Positions 9,462 through 17,682 of a stretch of 24,000 nucleotides of DNA are shown here, piece by piece. The DNA is from Nitrososphaerota archaeon. GTDB taxonomy: Archaea > Thermoproteota > Nitrososphaeria_A > Caldarchaeales > Wolframiiraptoraceae. Position 1 is the stretch's first letter, and each line of letters starts with the position of its first letter. Below the pieces are notes generated by a model that saw only the letters and a program-made list of their open reading frames with translations, was not told the DNA's origin and searched no databases. A program made the translations under genes and the position numbers. The stretch is taken from NCBI GenBank assembly GCA_021159365.1, contig JAGGRY010000006.1, positions 1 to 24,000 on the forward strand, in the 5' to 3' direction.

Positions 9462-10529
9462 TTACGGCATTATCTCAATGGTATTGTTATATTTTGGATA
9501 GATCAGCTGCTCTTCAGTTATTATCCCTTCATCCAAAAACTTCTCGATTATGGGCACCCTCTCTAAGATCAAATCTATAATGAATTTCGATACCTCACAG
9601 ATTGCTCGCATTCCCTCCTCTCCCCAAAGCCTCTCCATATGAGTGTAGAGGCATCTCCCTCCACATATCCTGAAATATCTGCAGGAGAGACATGGCTCGC
9701 CTATTGGAGGCTTATAGCTCTTAATCTTCTCCTTATCCACTTCTCCCAGCCGCCCGATATAGGCCCAAGACTCTCTCACCGCGATGGGGCATGCTATGAT
9801 CCTTCCATCGCTCACTATTGTGAAGGAATCAACTCCTGAGCCGCATGGAGGCTTAACTCCATCTCTTAAAATTCTCGTGAAGATTCCTTGAAAAGGCGCG
9901 ATTCCCTCCACAACTCCATATCTCATCTTTTCAATCCATTGATCTAGGAGCTTTTTGAGGCCAGGCTCGTAGCTTTCTCTAATCCAGCTCCAGAGATTAT
10001 GCCAAGGCTCAGCCCAGACGAAGCTGAGCTGCCAGTGAATATGATCGAATAGCTTGAGGTTTAGGAGGTGTTTTACATCTCGAAGTATTTCCGATTCCTC
10101 TGTGATCGTCATCCTTGCAACGAGGTCGCCTTCATATCCTATCTCCCTAAGCCATTTAACATTCCTGATCACGGTATCATATACGCCTCTTCCCCTGTTC
10201 AAGTCGGTGAGCCATCTAGGGCCATCAATGGACACCAAGATTACATCGAATCTTTTAATTAATTCAGGATCGAGTTTATCGAGGAGAATGCCATTTGTCT
10301 GGAGGATGTAATGAGAGGGATTCAGCTTAGCCATAACTTCTTCGATGAAGCCCATGTTTAGCAGGGGTTCACCGCCATAAAATGCTACATCGTCTTCTCT
10401 CCCAATAACCTTCTTCAAATCATCAATAGAATATTTAACCTCCCATGGAACCACATTTTCATCGAAGCTTCCTCCACAGTACTTGCAGCGTAGATTACAT
10501 TGTCCAGTAGTGTAGAGGATGAAGAGCAT
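9462..10529 (-). CDS. Radical SAM protein with SPASM-like Cys-rich C-terminus; resembles archaeal AF0577-type putative peptide-modifying enzymes
   Basis: 355 aa; CNLRCKYCGG cluster motif, FYGGEPLL, then CGSGVDSFTIVSDGRIIACP...CLSCRYFRICGGRCLY...C. Confidence 0.85.
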   Translation of the reverse strand: MLFILYTTGQCNLRCKYCGGSFDENVVPWEVKYSIDDLKKVIGREDDVAFYGGEPLLNMGFIEEVMAKLNPSHYILQTNGILLDKLDPELIKRFDVILVSIDGPRWLTDLNRGRGVYDTVIRNVKWLREIGYEGDLVARMTITEESEILRDVKHLLNLKLFDHIHWQLSFVWAEPWHNLWSWIRESYEPGLKKLLDQWIEKMRYGVVEGIAPFQGIFTRILRDGVKPPCGSGVDSFTIVSDGRIIACPIAVRESWAYIGRLGEVDKEKIKSYKPPIGEPCLSCRYFRICGGRCLYTHMERLWGEEGMRAICEVSKFIIDLILERVPIIEKFLDEGIITEEQLIYPKYNNTIEIMP

Positions 10530-10667
10530 CTCGATCCTCGATGCTTAAGCGTAGATAAATATGATATAATTTTATCGAGATTCATGAATTAGACCGCTCT
10601 CCAACGAAAGAGATAATCTATCTTGAGATTAGAAGTTAACTTTATTTGATCAAGTTTCGCGTTAAAA

Positions 10668-10678
10668 TTTATATCTTT
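10668..10678 (+). promoter_or_regulatory. Candidate archaeal TATA box
   Basis: AT-rich tttatatcttt about 25 nt upstream of the ATG at 10703, consistent with a leaderless or short-leader transcript. Confidence 0.45.
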
Positions 10679-10702
10679 AAGGAGATGTTATTTGACTAGA
10701 TT

Positions 10703-12613
10703 ATGGCCACTAACATTCCTGTAGCTATTCTCGCTGCTGGAAAAGCAACTAGGCTGAAGCCTTACTCAGATCAAGCTCCCAAATTTATGATGGAGTTAGA
10801 GCCGGGTGTCACCATTCTCGACTTCATAATCGAGAGGGTCAAAAGCCTCGGCATCACCAAGATATTCATAGTCGCGAGACCTGAATATACTCAGACTCTT
10901 CGTGAGAAATTTGGAGATGAAGTTGAAATTTTGGAAACGGAATTGGAAACATTTGAGAACCTTTATAGCATGGGCTTGGCCGCGGAGAAGATCAAAGGTA
11001 AATTTCTGGTCTTGATGTCGGATCACATCTTTACACGTGACCTCCTAAAGACGGTTTTAAACAGAATAGATTCTGTAAAAGAAGCGTTTTTAGTTTGTTT
11101 GGATAGAGAGCCTAGCCTCGCCAGCGCCGAGGAGGGATTGAAGTTAAAGCTTGACGATATGGATCATGGAAAAGTAGTGGAAGTTGGTAAATCGTTAGCG
11201 CCCATCTATGGAATAGATACCGGAGTGATCTTCTGCAATAAGTCGGCTCGAAAATATATTCGGAAGGCTTTGAAGCAAAAAGGGCCGAATGCCAAGATAA
11301 AAGACGCATTAAACCTCGCCGCTGCTGATGGTCAGGTAGGCTTTGTAGATGTGACAGGCTTTCTTTGGAAAGATGTGGATACACTTCAGGACTTGGAGAA
11401 GGCTCGTGACCTCTATTGGAGAATCCTAAAGGAGGAACTCGTTAGACCCACCGATGGTATAATATCAAGATACCTGAATAGGCCTATTTCCTCGACATTC
11501 TCCCTCATGCTCTACAGGAAAAGACTATTCATAAGTCCCAACATAATCTCGGCATTATCCTTCCTCATAGCCTTGGCCGGGAGCATCTTCCTCGCTATTC
11601 GATGGTTTCTCATCGGAGGAATACTTGTCCAAGCCTCATCGATAATTGATGGAATGGATGGCGAATTGGCCAGACTCTTTAAGAGAACTTCAAAGTTTGG
11701 AGGTCTACTAGATTCCCTTCTCGACAGATTGGCTGATCTGTCAATAATCTTAGGTCTAGCATTAGCTTTATGGCCTCTAAACGTATTCACAGCCTTGACA
11801 GTCATCCTCGCGTCAGCCAACACGATTCTCGTGAGCTATGTAACCCACCTCTTAAAGTCAGCAAGAATAGATCCAGATGCAATTCGAAGTATTCCAGTTA
11901 CACGCGATGTCAGGCTCTTCGTGATCTTCTTAATGGCTATACTGGGCTTTCCTGAGCTAGCTCTATACTACATAGCCTTCGCGCCATTCGCATATTACAT
12001 TGCGGGCATATATATTGCAAGAAAAGCGATAATGGAAGATCTTCAACCCTCGGTGAAGACCACGGGAGCTCCATGGCCGGAGATCCCATTAGAGAAGAAT
12101 ATTGTAAAGCAAACCCTTTCAGAATTGGTGGGAAAGCTGCTAAGATTGATCATAGCTTTATTGATTCTAAGGCTTGTTGAACCAATTCTATCGGGCTTCA
12201 CCCTGATAAGCTTAGAAGATGCTGCGCTCACGTCAAGCGATGTATTCATAGTCATTGAGACGAGCTTAATAATTTACTTCGGATACGCGATCTTATTGTC
12301 AATCAAGAAGTTAGCCGACGTCGTTGCCGTGAGACTTGCTACTAGAGTTGGAGTGACTAAGGAGACTTTTAAGAGACTATTCATAGACATCATATATGCT
12401 ATTCTAAGCTTAATAGTCTGGATTTATGCCGCCGGCCTCGCGAGGATTTCACTGATAGGAGACGTGCTTTCCAAGATAGTGATGACCGTGGCCGCCGTCT
12501 TCTTCTTCATAACTCTCTATAGGATTGGTAAGAGGACATATCACGTCTTTGCGAGCATTTATGATAAATTGATCGAGAGATTGGCTAAGAAATTGAGCCA
12601 TCCCACGCCATAA
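10703..12613 (+). CDS. Inositol-1-phosphate cytidylyltransferase-like / CDP-alcohol phosphotransferase fusion with extra C-terminal membrane domain
   Basis: 636 aa; N-term AILAAGKATRLKP nucleotidyltransferase motif; middle DGELARLFKRTSKFGGLLDSLLD fits DG-x2-AR-x8-G-x3-D-x3-D exactly; C-terminal ~190 aa has about four further hydrophobic segments. Inositol specificity is inferred from adjacency to inositol-phosphate synthase. Confidence 0.82.
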   Translation: MATNIPVAILAAGKATRLKPYSDQAPKFMMELEPGVTILDFIIERVKSLGITKIFIVARPEYTQTLREKFGDEVEILETELETFENLYSMGLAAEKIKGKFLVLMSDHIFTRDLLKTVLNRIDSVKEAFLVCLDREPSLASAEEGLKLKLDDMDHGKVVEVGKSLAPIYGIDTGVIFCNKSARKYIRKALKQKGPNAKIKDALNLAAADGQVGFVDVTGFLWKDVDTLQDLEKARDLYWRILKEELVRPTDGIISRYLNRPISSTFSLMLYRKRLFISPNIISALSFLIALAGSIFLAIRWFLIGGILVQASSIIDGMDGELARLFKRTSKFGGLLDSLLDRLADLSIILGLALALWPLNVFTALTVILASANTILVSYVTHLLKSARIDPDAIRSIPVTRDVRLFVIFLMAILGFPELALYYIAFAPFAYYIAGIYIARKAIMEDLQPSVKTTGAPWPEIPLEKNIVKQTLSELVGKLLRLIIALLILRLVEPILSGFTLISLEDAALTSSDVFIVIETSLIIYFGYAILLSIKKLADVVAVRLATRVGVTKETFKRLFIDIIYAILSLIVWIYAAGLARISLIGDVLSKIVMTVAAVFFFITLYRIGKRTYHVFASIYDKLIERLAKKLSHPTP

Positions 12614-12712
12614 CATTCAAATCAATAGAATACATTCTAGCTCAATTATGTGAAGAGGATGTTAGCAGGTTATCGGCGGAACATCTCTGCAACTTAGATT
12701 GCCGCTCAAAGG

Positions 12713-13792
12713 TTATCTTTCCCTGTTGCCTTGAATGAATTCTTCAACCATGCGTCTAGCAACGTCGTCTGGATATTGTATTGGTGGGCTCTTCATGAAA
12801 TAGGCTGAAGGACTTATCAACACTCCTCCTACTCCTCGATCCTTTCCTATCTTCGCGCATCTCAATGCGTCAATCACAACTCCAGCGGAGTTCGGGCTAT
12901 CCCATACTTCCAGCTTAGCCTCGACAGTTAGTGGACAGCCTCCAAAGGCCGTTCCCTCGACCCTAATGTAAGCCCACTTCCTGTCCTTTAGCCATGGAAC
13001 ATAGTCGCTCGGCCCTATGTGCATGTTCTCCTCGCCGATGTCATAGGGTATCAGACTTGTGACCGCCGTGGTCTTCGAGATCTTCTTAGACGTCAATCTC
13101 TCACGTTCAAGCATGTTCAGGAAGTCCGTGTTTCCTCCAAAGTTAAGCTGATAGCTTCTCTCAATCTTAACGCCTCTATCAACGAACAATTTGACCAAGG
13201 TTCTATGGAGAATCGTCGCTCCAACCTGGCTCTTGACGTCGTCTCCGACTAAGGGGACTCCGCGCTTCTCGAAGATTTCCTGCCATCGAGGTTCTCTCGC
13301 TATGAAGACGGGGATCCCATTAACTAGCGCCGCTCCAGCTTCCAGCACCTGCTCCACATACCACTTCGTCGCCGACTCGCTTCCAACAGGCAAGAAGTTT
13401 ATCACAACATCTGCGCCCGTACTCTTCAAGACATCAGCGACATCAACAGTCGGCGAGGGATGCTTCTCGATTACTCCATGCAGATATTTTCCGATGCTGT
13501 CATGGGTCATCCCCCTCATCACCTCGACGCCGAGCTTCGGCACATCAGCAAATTTCCTGGTGCAGTTTGGCGGGGCAAAGATCGCCTCAGAAAGATCTTT
13601 ACCCACCTTATTCTTGTCGACGTCGAAGGCGGCGACGAACTCTATATCGCTGATGTGGTATGGGCCAAGCCTCACATGCATTAACCCGGGTACCGTCTCA
13701 TTCTCATCGGCGTCTCTATAGTAATAGACTCCTTGAACCAACGCTGAAGCGCAGTTCCCAACCCCTATAATCGCAACTTTTACCTTGGACAT
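12713..13792 (-). CDS. Inositol-3-phosphate synthase (myo-inositol-1-phosphate synthase)
   Basis: 359 aa; [81 protein letters not shown]. Confidence 0.92.
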   Translation of the reverse strand: MSKVKVAIIGVGNCASALVQGVYYYRDADENETVPGLMHVRLGPYHISDIEFVAAFDVDKNKVGKDLSEAIFAPPNCTRKFADVPKLGVEVMRGMTHDSIGKYLHGVIEKHPSPTVDVADVLKSTGADVVINFLPVGSESATKWYVEQVLEAGAALVNGIPVFIAREPRWQEIFEKRGVPLVGDDVKSQVGATILHRTLVKLFVDRGVKIERSYQLNFGGNTDFLNMLERERLTSKKISKTTAVTSLIPYDIGEENMHIGPSDYVPWLKDRKWAYIRVEGTAFGGCPLTVEAKLEVWDSPNSAGVVIDALRCAKIGKDRGVGGVLISPSAYFMKSPPIQYPDDVARRMVEEFIQGNRER

Positions 13793-13860
13793 ACCAATCT
13801 TTATTCATCTTGCTTAGTATTAACTATTTCACATCCATAAAATAGTCAACTCATTAAAAA

Positions 13861-14229
13861 TCAAAGCTCCTGATACAGCTTTCTTAAAAATCTCTTCGCT
13901 TTTTCTAAAGCTTTTTCACCTTCTGGAGTTATTATATAATATTTTCTCTGGGGGCCTCCGCTATTCCCAGGAATAGTCTTGGTCGTGATGAGGCCTTCAG
14001 ATTTAAGTTTATAAAGCACCATGTAACAGGTCACCTTCCCCGGCTTAAATCCAAAATTCTTCCCTATCTTCTCTCCGATTTCATATCCATAGAGCGGCTC
14101 CTTCTTCAAGATGCTCATCACATATAGCCATAGGTTTTCTATCGTTAATTTTCGCACCAGCCTCTGATAGGCGGTGCCCATCTCGCACCCTACTCCAACA
14201 TCTGATCCCTCAAGCCAAGATAATAACAT
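13861..14229 (-). CDS. PadR-family winged-helix transcriptional regulator (start may be internal)
   Basis: LYVMSILKKEPLYGYEIGEKIGKNFGFKPGKVTCYMVLYKLKSEGLITTKTIPGNSGGPQRKYYIITPEGEKAL is PadR-like. Confidence 0.87.
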   Translation of the reverse strand: MLLSWLEGSDVGVGCEMGTAYQRLVRKLTIENLWLYVMSILKKEPLYGYEIGEKIGKNFGFKPGKVTCYMVLYKLKSEGLITTKTIPGNSGGPQRKYYIITPEGEKALEKAKRFLRKLYQEL

Positions 14230-14320
14230 TTCCTCGACCCTAACTGGAAAGTGTTCTCAGTCCGATGGCTCTCGAAGAATCGTTCGACGGCGATAAGCGT
14301 CTCGGCTTTTGCGTATTATG

Positions 14321-15139
14321 TTACTTGGTCTTTTTCCTGACTATGAATTTGCAGGTCTCGGAGCCCATGGCCACGCACTCCCTCTCCTCAACATCCCACT
14401 CTCCTCCAATCACCTTCTTCAAGAATCCCTCGATTAACCCCCTAGTTAGATGGCATTGCGGGGACGTGTATCTCTTCTTGAGCGCTTTAGCCTCCCACCC
14501 ATCCAAAACTTCTAAAACAATCTTATCATCTAATATCTCAAACCTATCCAGCACGTTGTAACCGAAGGCTCTCCCATAATGGAATAGCACTCTCAAGGCG
14601 TTAATAGGATCATCCTTATACCTTTCTAGGATGTCTTTCAAAAGCTCGGCGAGACTCGCTCCCGCCTGGACTCCAAGCTGATAAAGGAATATCTGGGTTA
14701 ACGCGGGTTTAAATCTCATCCTCATTTCCTCGAACAAATTTCCATAAAGTATCTCGGGCATTATCACCGCCCTCCTACCGTTGCAGATTATCGGGAAGAA
14801 TAGGTTTATCGCAACCCTCCGATCTAGAGGCTCTATTATCTGAACCTCCTTACATATTCCAAGCTCCTCTATCTTTCTAGCGATGACCTCCTCGACCCCC
14901 TCAGGACATTCAAAGATGAAGGCCATATCAACTATTCGGCCCAAGGGGTTGGATGGAGGCATCAGCCTAGGCCTCCCACCGCAACCACGAATCACTTGAA
15001 GAACTTTCCTAACATTATCAGGCTCATAGATCATATCTCTCAACAAAATCATCTTAAAATTCACATTCGGGTCGAAGATCATATTATAACAGATGAGAGG
15101 CTTAGTATGCCTTAGCTCATCCGCAGAAACCCGAATCAC
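14321..15139 (-). CDS. V4R (4-vinyl reductase) domain protein with N-terminal ACT-like regulatory region
   Basis: 272 aa; C-terminus SPQCHLTRGLIEGFLKKVIGGEWDVEERECVAMGSETCKFIV has the V4R terminal Cys pattern. Confidence 0.75.
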   Translation of the reverse strand: MIRVSADELRHTKPLICYNMIFDPNVNFKMILLRDMIYEPDNVRKVLQVIRGCGGRPRLMPPSNPLGRIVDMAFIFECPEGVEEVIARKIEELGICKEVQIIEPLDRRVAINLFFPIICNGRRAVIMPEILYGNLFEEMRMRFKPALTQIFLYQLGVQAGASLAELLKDILERYKDDPINALRVLFHYGRAFGYNVLDRFEILDDKIVLEVLDGWEAKALKKRYTSPQCHLTRGLIEGFLKKVIGGEWDVEERECVAMGSETCKFIVRKKTK

Positions 15140-15239
15140 CTATCCCACAGTCAGTAGATACTTTCCTTTGGGTAAATAAACATTTTCATGCCATGGGTTG
15201 GCGGGAGGATAAACTCTACCCTCTTATCATATATAGGTT

Positions 15240-15336
15240 CGCCGGCGGGAGGATTTGAACCTCCGACCGACGGGTTACTGTAGGTCTCCATAATTCTTTA
15301 ACAGCCCGCCGCTCTCCCAGACTGAGCTACGCCGGC
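15240..15336 (-). tRNA. tRNA-Asn (anticodon GTT), ~23 nt canonical intron
   Basis: GCCGGCG/CGCCGGC acceptor, discriminator G; GCGGG-CTGTTA|...|A-CCCGT; exon CTGT pairs with intron ACAG, flanked by TAA bulges: a textbook bulge-helix-bulge. No CCA. Confidence 0.93.
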
Positions 15337-15450
15337 TATAGTTATGTTCGCTATCGGGATTATAAAACCATTATGGGATTTTTCATCTTCAATGAAAAAT
15401 CAATCTCAATTAATCGGAGTCTTCAGTCAAAGGGCTAAAATATGGAAATT

Positions 15451-15535
15451 CGCGGCGGGCGGGATTTGAACCCGCGTGGCCCGCTGGGCCACAGGCTTAG
15501 CAGGCCTGCCCCCTACCAGGCTAGGGAACCGCCGC
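15451..15535 (-). tRNA. tRNA-Ser (anticodon GCT), type II, no intron
   Basis: GCGGCGG/CCGCCGC acceptor, discriminator G; CAGGC-CTGCTAA-GCCTG anticodon arm; long variable arm TGGCCCAGCGGGCCAC; T arm GCGGG-TTCAAAT-CCCGC. No CCA. Confidence 0.94.
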
Positions 15536-15632
15536 CGATCTTTAGCATGTCATTTCTCATTTATAGCGTTTTTGCGGTAAATCTTTTTAGGCTGGTTGAG
15601 TTTTCTCTTTAGTGGATTGGTGAAGGGAAGGA

Positions 15633-15899
15633 GTGTCTGAGGATCCTTCCTCCTTGTCGAGGGTTGTATTGGATATTCTAAAACCTCACATCCCGACTCT
15701 CGTTGAGTTCTGTAGAGAGATCTCAAAGGTTAGAGGGGTTAAGAAGGTGAATGGCTTAGTGGTGGAAGTCGATGCTGAAACTGATAGCATTAAGCTTACT
15801 GTTGAAGGCAAGAACATAGATTTCGAAGAACTTGAATCTACTGTGAAGAGACTTGGAGCGGCGATCCACAGCGTGGACGAGGTCTTAATTGAGGGGTGA
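15633..15899 (+). CDS. DUF211-family small protein (GTG start)
   Basis: 88 aa; VVLDILKPHIPTLVEFCREISKVRGVKKVNGLVVEVDAETDSIKLTVEGKNIDFEELESTVKRLGAAIHSVDEVLIEG. Confidence 0.82.
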   Translation: MSEDPSSLSRVVLDILKPHIPTLVEFCREISKVRGVKKVNGLVVEVDAETDSIKLTVEGKNIDFEELESTVKRLGAAIHSVDEVLIEG

Positions 15900-16483
15900 A
15901 GATGTTCAAGAGATTTAAGAGAATCTTAAGATATTCAGACTCCGCGGAATATCCTAGAAGATATGCTGTCATGAACGCATTCGATGGAGTCATAACGATC
16001 CTTGGAATAATTTTGGGCTCAAAGCTACTTGGATCCGCTGAAGCCGGACAAATAGTTGCGGCAGGTGTAGGCGCATTAATAGCGATGGGCGTCTCGGGGG
16101 CCAGCGGCACCTATATAACAGAGATGGCTGAGCAAGAGAGGAAGATCAAGGAACTTCAGGATGCCATGTTGACGAATCTCGAGGGAACTATTCTCGTTAA
16201 GGCTCATAGAGAAGCTGCTGTGATCTCAGCCCTAGTAGACTCCGCCGCCGCCATCTTCGCCGGACTTTTAGCGATCGCGCCATATTTCTTAACCGTGGCC
16301 GGATATCTCTCCGAGATGACCGCATTCTATTCCTCTTTGATTATCTCCCTCTCCCTGCTCTTCATCCTCGGAGTGTTTCTTGGAAGAGTTGCGAGTCGAA
16401 GTCTATTATTTTCTGGACTTAAGGCGCTTGGAATCGGATGTCTTACTCTCCTCTTCCTCCTGCTCCTGAACTTAATTCTTTAA
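15896..16483 (+). CDS. CCC1/VIT1-like (COG1814-type) membrane transporter
   Basis: 195 aa; RRYAVMNAFDGVITILGIILGS, AAGVGALIAMGVSGASGTYITEMAEQERKIKEL, then three hydrophobic segments. ATGA start/stop overlap with DUF211 gene. Confidence 0.8.
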   Translation: MKMFKRFKRILRYSDSAEYPRRYAVMNAFDGVITILGIILGSKLLGSAEAGQIVAAGVGALIAMGVSGASGTYITEMAEQERKIKELQDAMLTNLEGTILVKAHREAAVISALVDSAAAIFAGLLAIAPYFLTVAGYLSEMTAFYSSLIISLSLLFILGVFLGRVASRSLLFSGLKALGIGCLTLLFLLLLNLIL

Positions 16484-17489
16484 GTTCTTCAGGCCTATAG
16501 ACTCCTCTCTCCGTTATTATCCCGGAGATAAGTTCAGGTGGAGTTATGTCGAATGCCGGATTCCAAACCTCGGTTCCCTTAGGCGCAATTCTCTCCTTTC
16601 CAACATAGAGGACTTCGCGTGGATCTCTTTCCTCGATCACGATCTCGTCGAGGTTATGTTCAAAATCTATGCTTGAAAATGGAGCGGCGATATAGAACGG
16701 TATGTTGTAGAATTTTGCCGCAATCGCATGGCTTAGGGTTCCGATCTTATTTATCACATGACCGGTCTTCGCGATTATTCTATCTGCTCCAACGATCACC
16801 TTATCTATCTCGCCGCGCTGCATCAAGAACGCCGCCATGTTATCGGTTATCAGCTTAACCTTTATCCCATCTCTCATAAGTTCCCAAACGGTTAACCTCG
16901 CTCCTTGTAGCTTTGGCCTAGTCTCACAGGCGTAAACCATTATACTCTTCCCCTGTTCAACCGCCGCTCTAATTACTCCTAAAACGGTTCCATATCCAAC
17001 TGTTGCCAAGGCTCCAGCGTTACAATGGGTTAGAATCTTGTCTCCATCCTTGATCAACTTCGCTCCATTTCTCCCAAGTTTCTTGTTCGTCTCGACATCT
17101 TCCTCCGCCATCTTCAAAGCCTCATTAATAACATTCTTTCTAATCTCCTCAACGGTCTCAGATTCTTCAGCGATCTTCATAATTCTCTCGATGGCCCAGA
17201 AGAGGTTGACGGCGGTCGGCCTCGTCGCCCTCAGGATTTCAGCAGATCTCCTAAGCCTCTTCAAGAAGACTTCCCTATTTCTGGCTTTACATCTATATGC
17301 TGTCAAAGCTAGACCCATGGCCGCGGCGACGCCTATCGCTGGAGCCCCTCTAATCGCCATATCTTTGATCGCCTTCGCCATTTCCTTAGCTGTTCTTATC
17401 CTAAGATACTTGAGCTTCTTCGGGAGAAGTCTTTGATCGATTATTACCACACTTCCTCTACTCCACCAAATGCTTCTAAGCTCCTTCAT
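16443..17489 (-). CDS. mtnA: S-methyl-5-thioribose-1-phosphate isomerase / aIF2B-like sugar phosphate isomerase
   Basis: 348 aa; AIKDMAIRGAPAIGVAAAMGLAL, RPTAVNLFWAI, THCNAGALATVGYGTVLGV, ACETRPKLQGARLTVWEL, VGADRI. Confidence 0.88.
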   Translation of the reverse strand: MKELRSIWWSRGSVVIIDQRLLPKKLKYLRIRTAKEMAKAIKDMAIRGAPAIGVAAAMGLALTAYRCKARNREVFLKRLRRSAEILRATRPTAVNLFWAIERIMKIAEESETVEEIRKNVINEALKMAEEDVETNKKLGRNGAKLIKDGDKILTHCNAGALATVGYGTVLGVIRAAVEQGKSIMVYACETRPKLQGARLTVWELMRDGIKVKLITDNMAAFLMQRGEIDKVIVGADRIIAKTGHVINKIGTLSHAIAAKFYNIPFYIAAPFSSIDFEHNLDEIVIEERDPREVLYVGKERIAPKGTEVWNPAFDITPPELISGIITERGVYRPEELKELSSGAGGRGE

Positions 17490-17645
17490 CTTCGATCAGC
17501 CTAGAATAATTTGATTAGAGATAATTAAGGGTAGCCCTCACATACCAGCGGCGAAAATGTCGTCATCTCGGCGGTAAAGCATAGATTGCGATTAAGACAT
17601 CCTGATGTAAATAGTTAACAGTGTTAGACGAAAATTTTAGCGCTG

Positions 17646-17657
17646 AAAAATATTTAT
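17646..17657 (+). promoter_or_regulatory. Candidate archaeal TATA box
   Basis: aaaaatatttat ending about 25 nt before the ATG at 17683. Confidence 0.45.
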
Positions 17658-17682
17658 CTAAGCCGTTAAACGAAAAATCAAG

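Noticed and set aside
13191-13721. 176 aa plus-strand ORF antisense to inositol-phosphate synthase
   Set aside because: Shadow ORF of a confident CDS; Ser/Thr-rich translation typical of antisense reading.
14265-14561. 98 aa plus-strand ORF overlapping the V4R gene 3' end
   Set aside because: Mostly antisense to the V4R domain coding region, with no domain signal.
17038-17436. 132 aa plus-strand ORF antisense to mtnA
   Set aside because: Shadow ORF; the opposite strand encodes a conserved enzyme.
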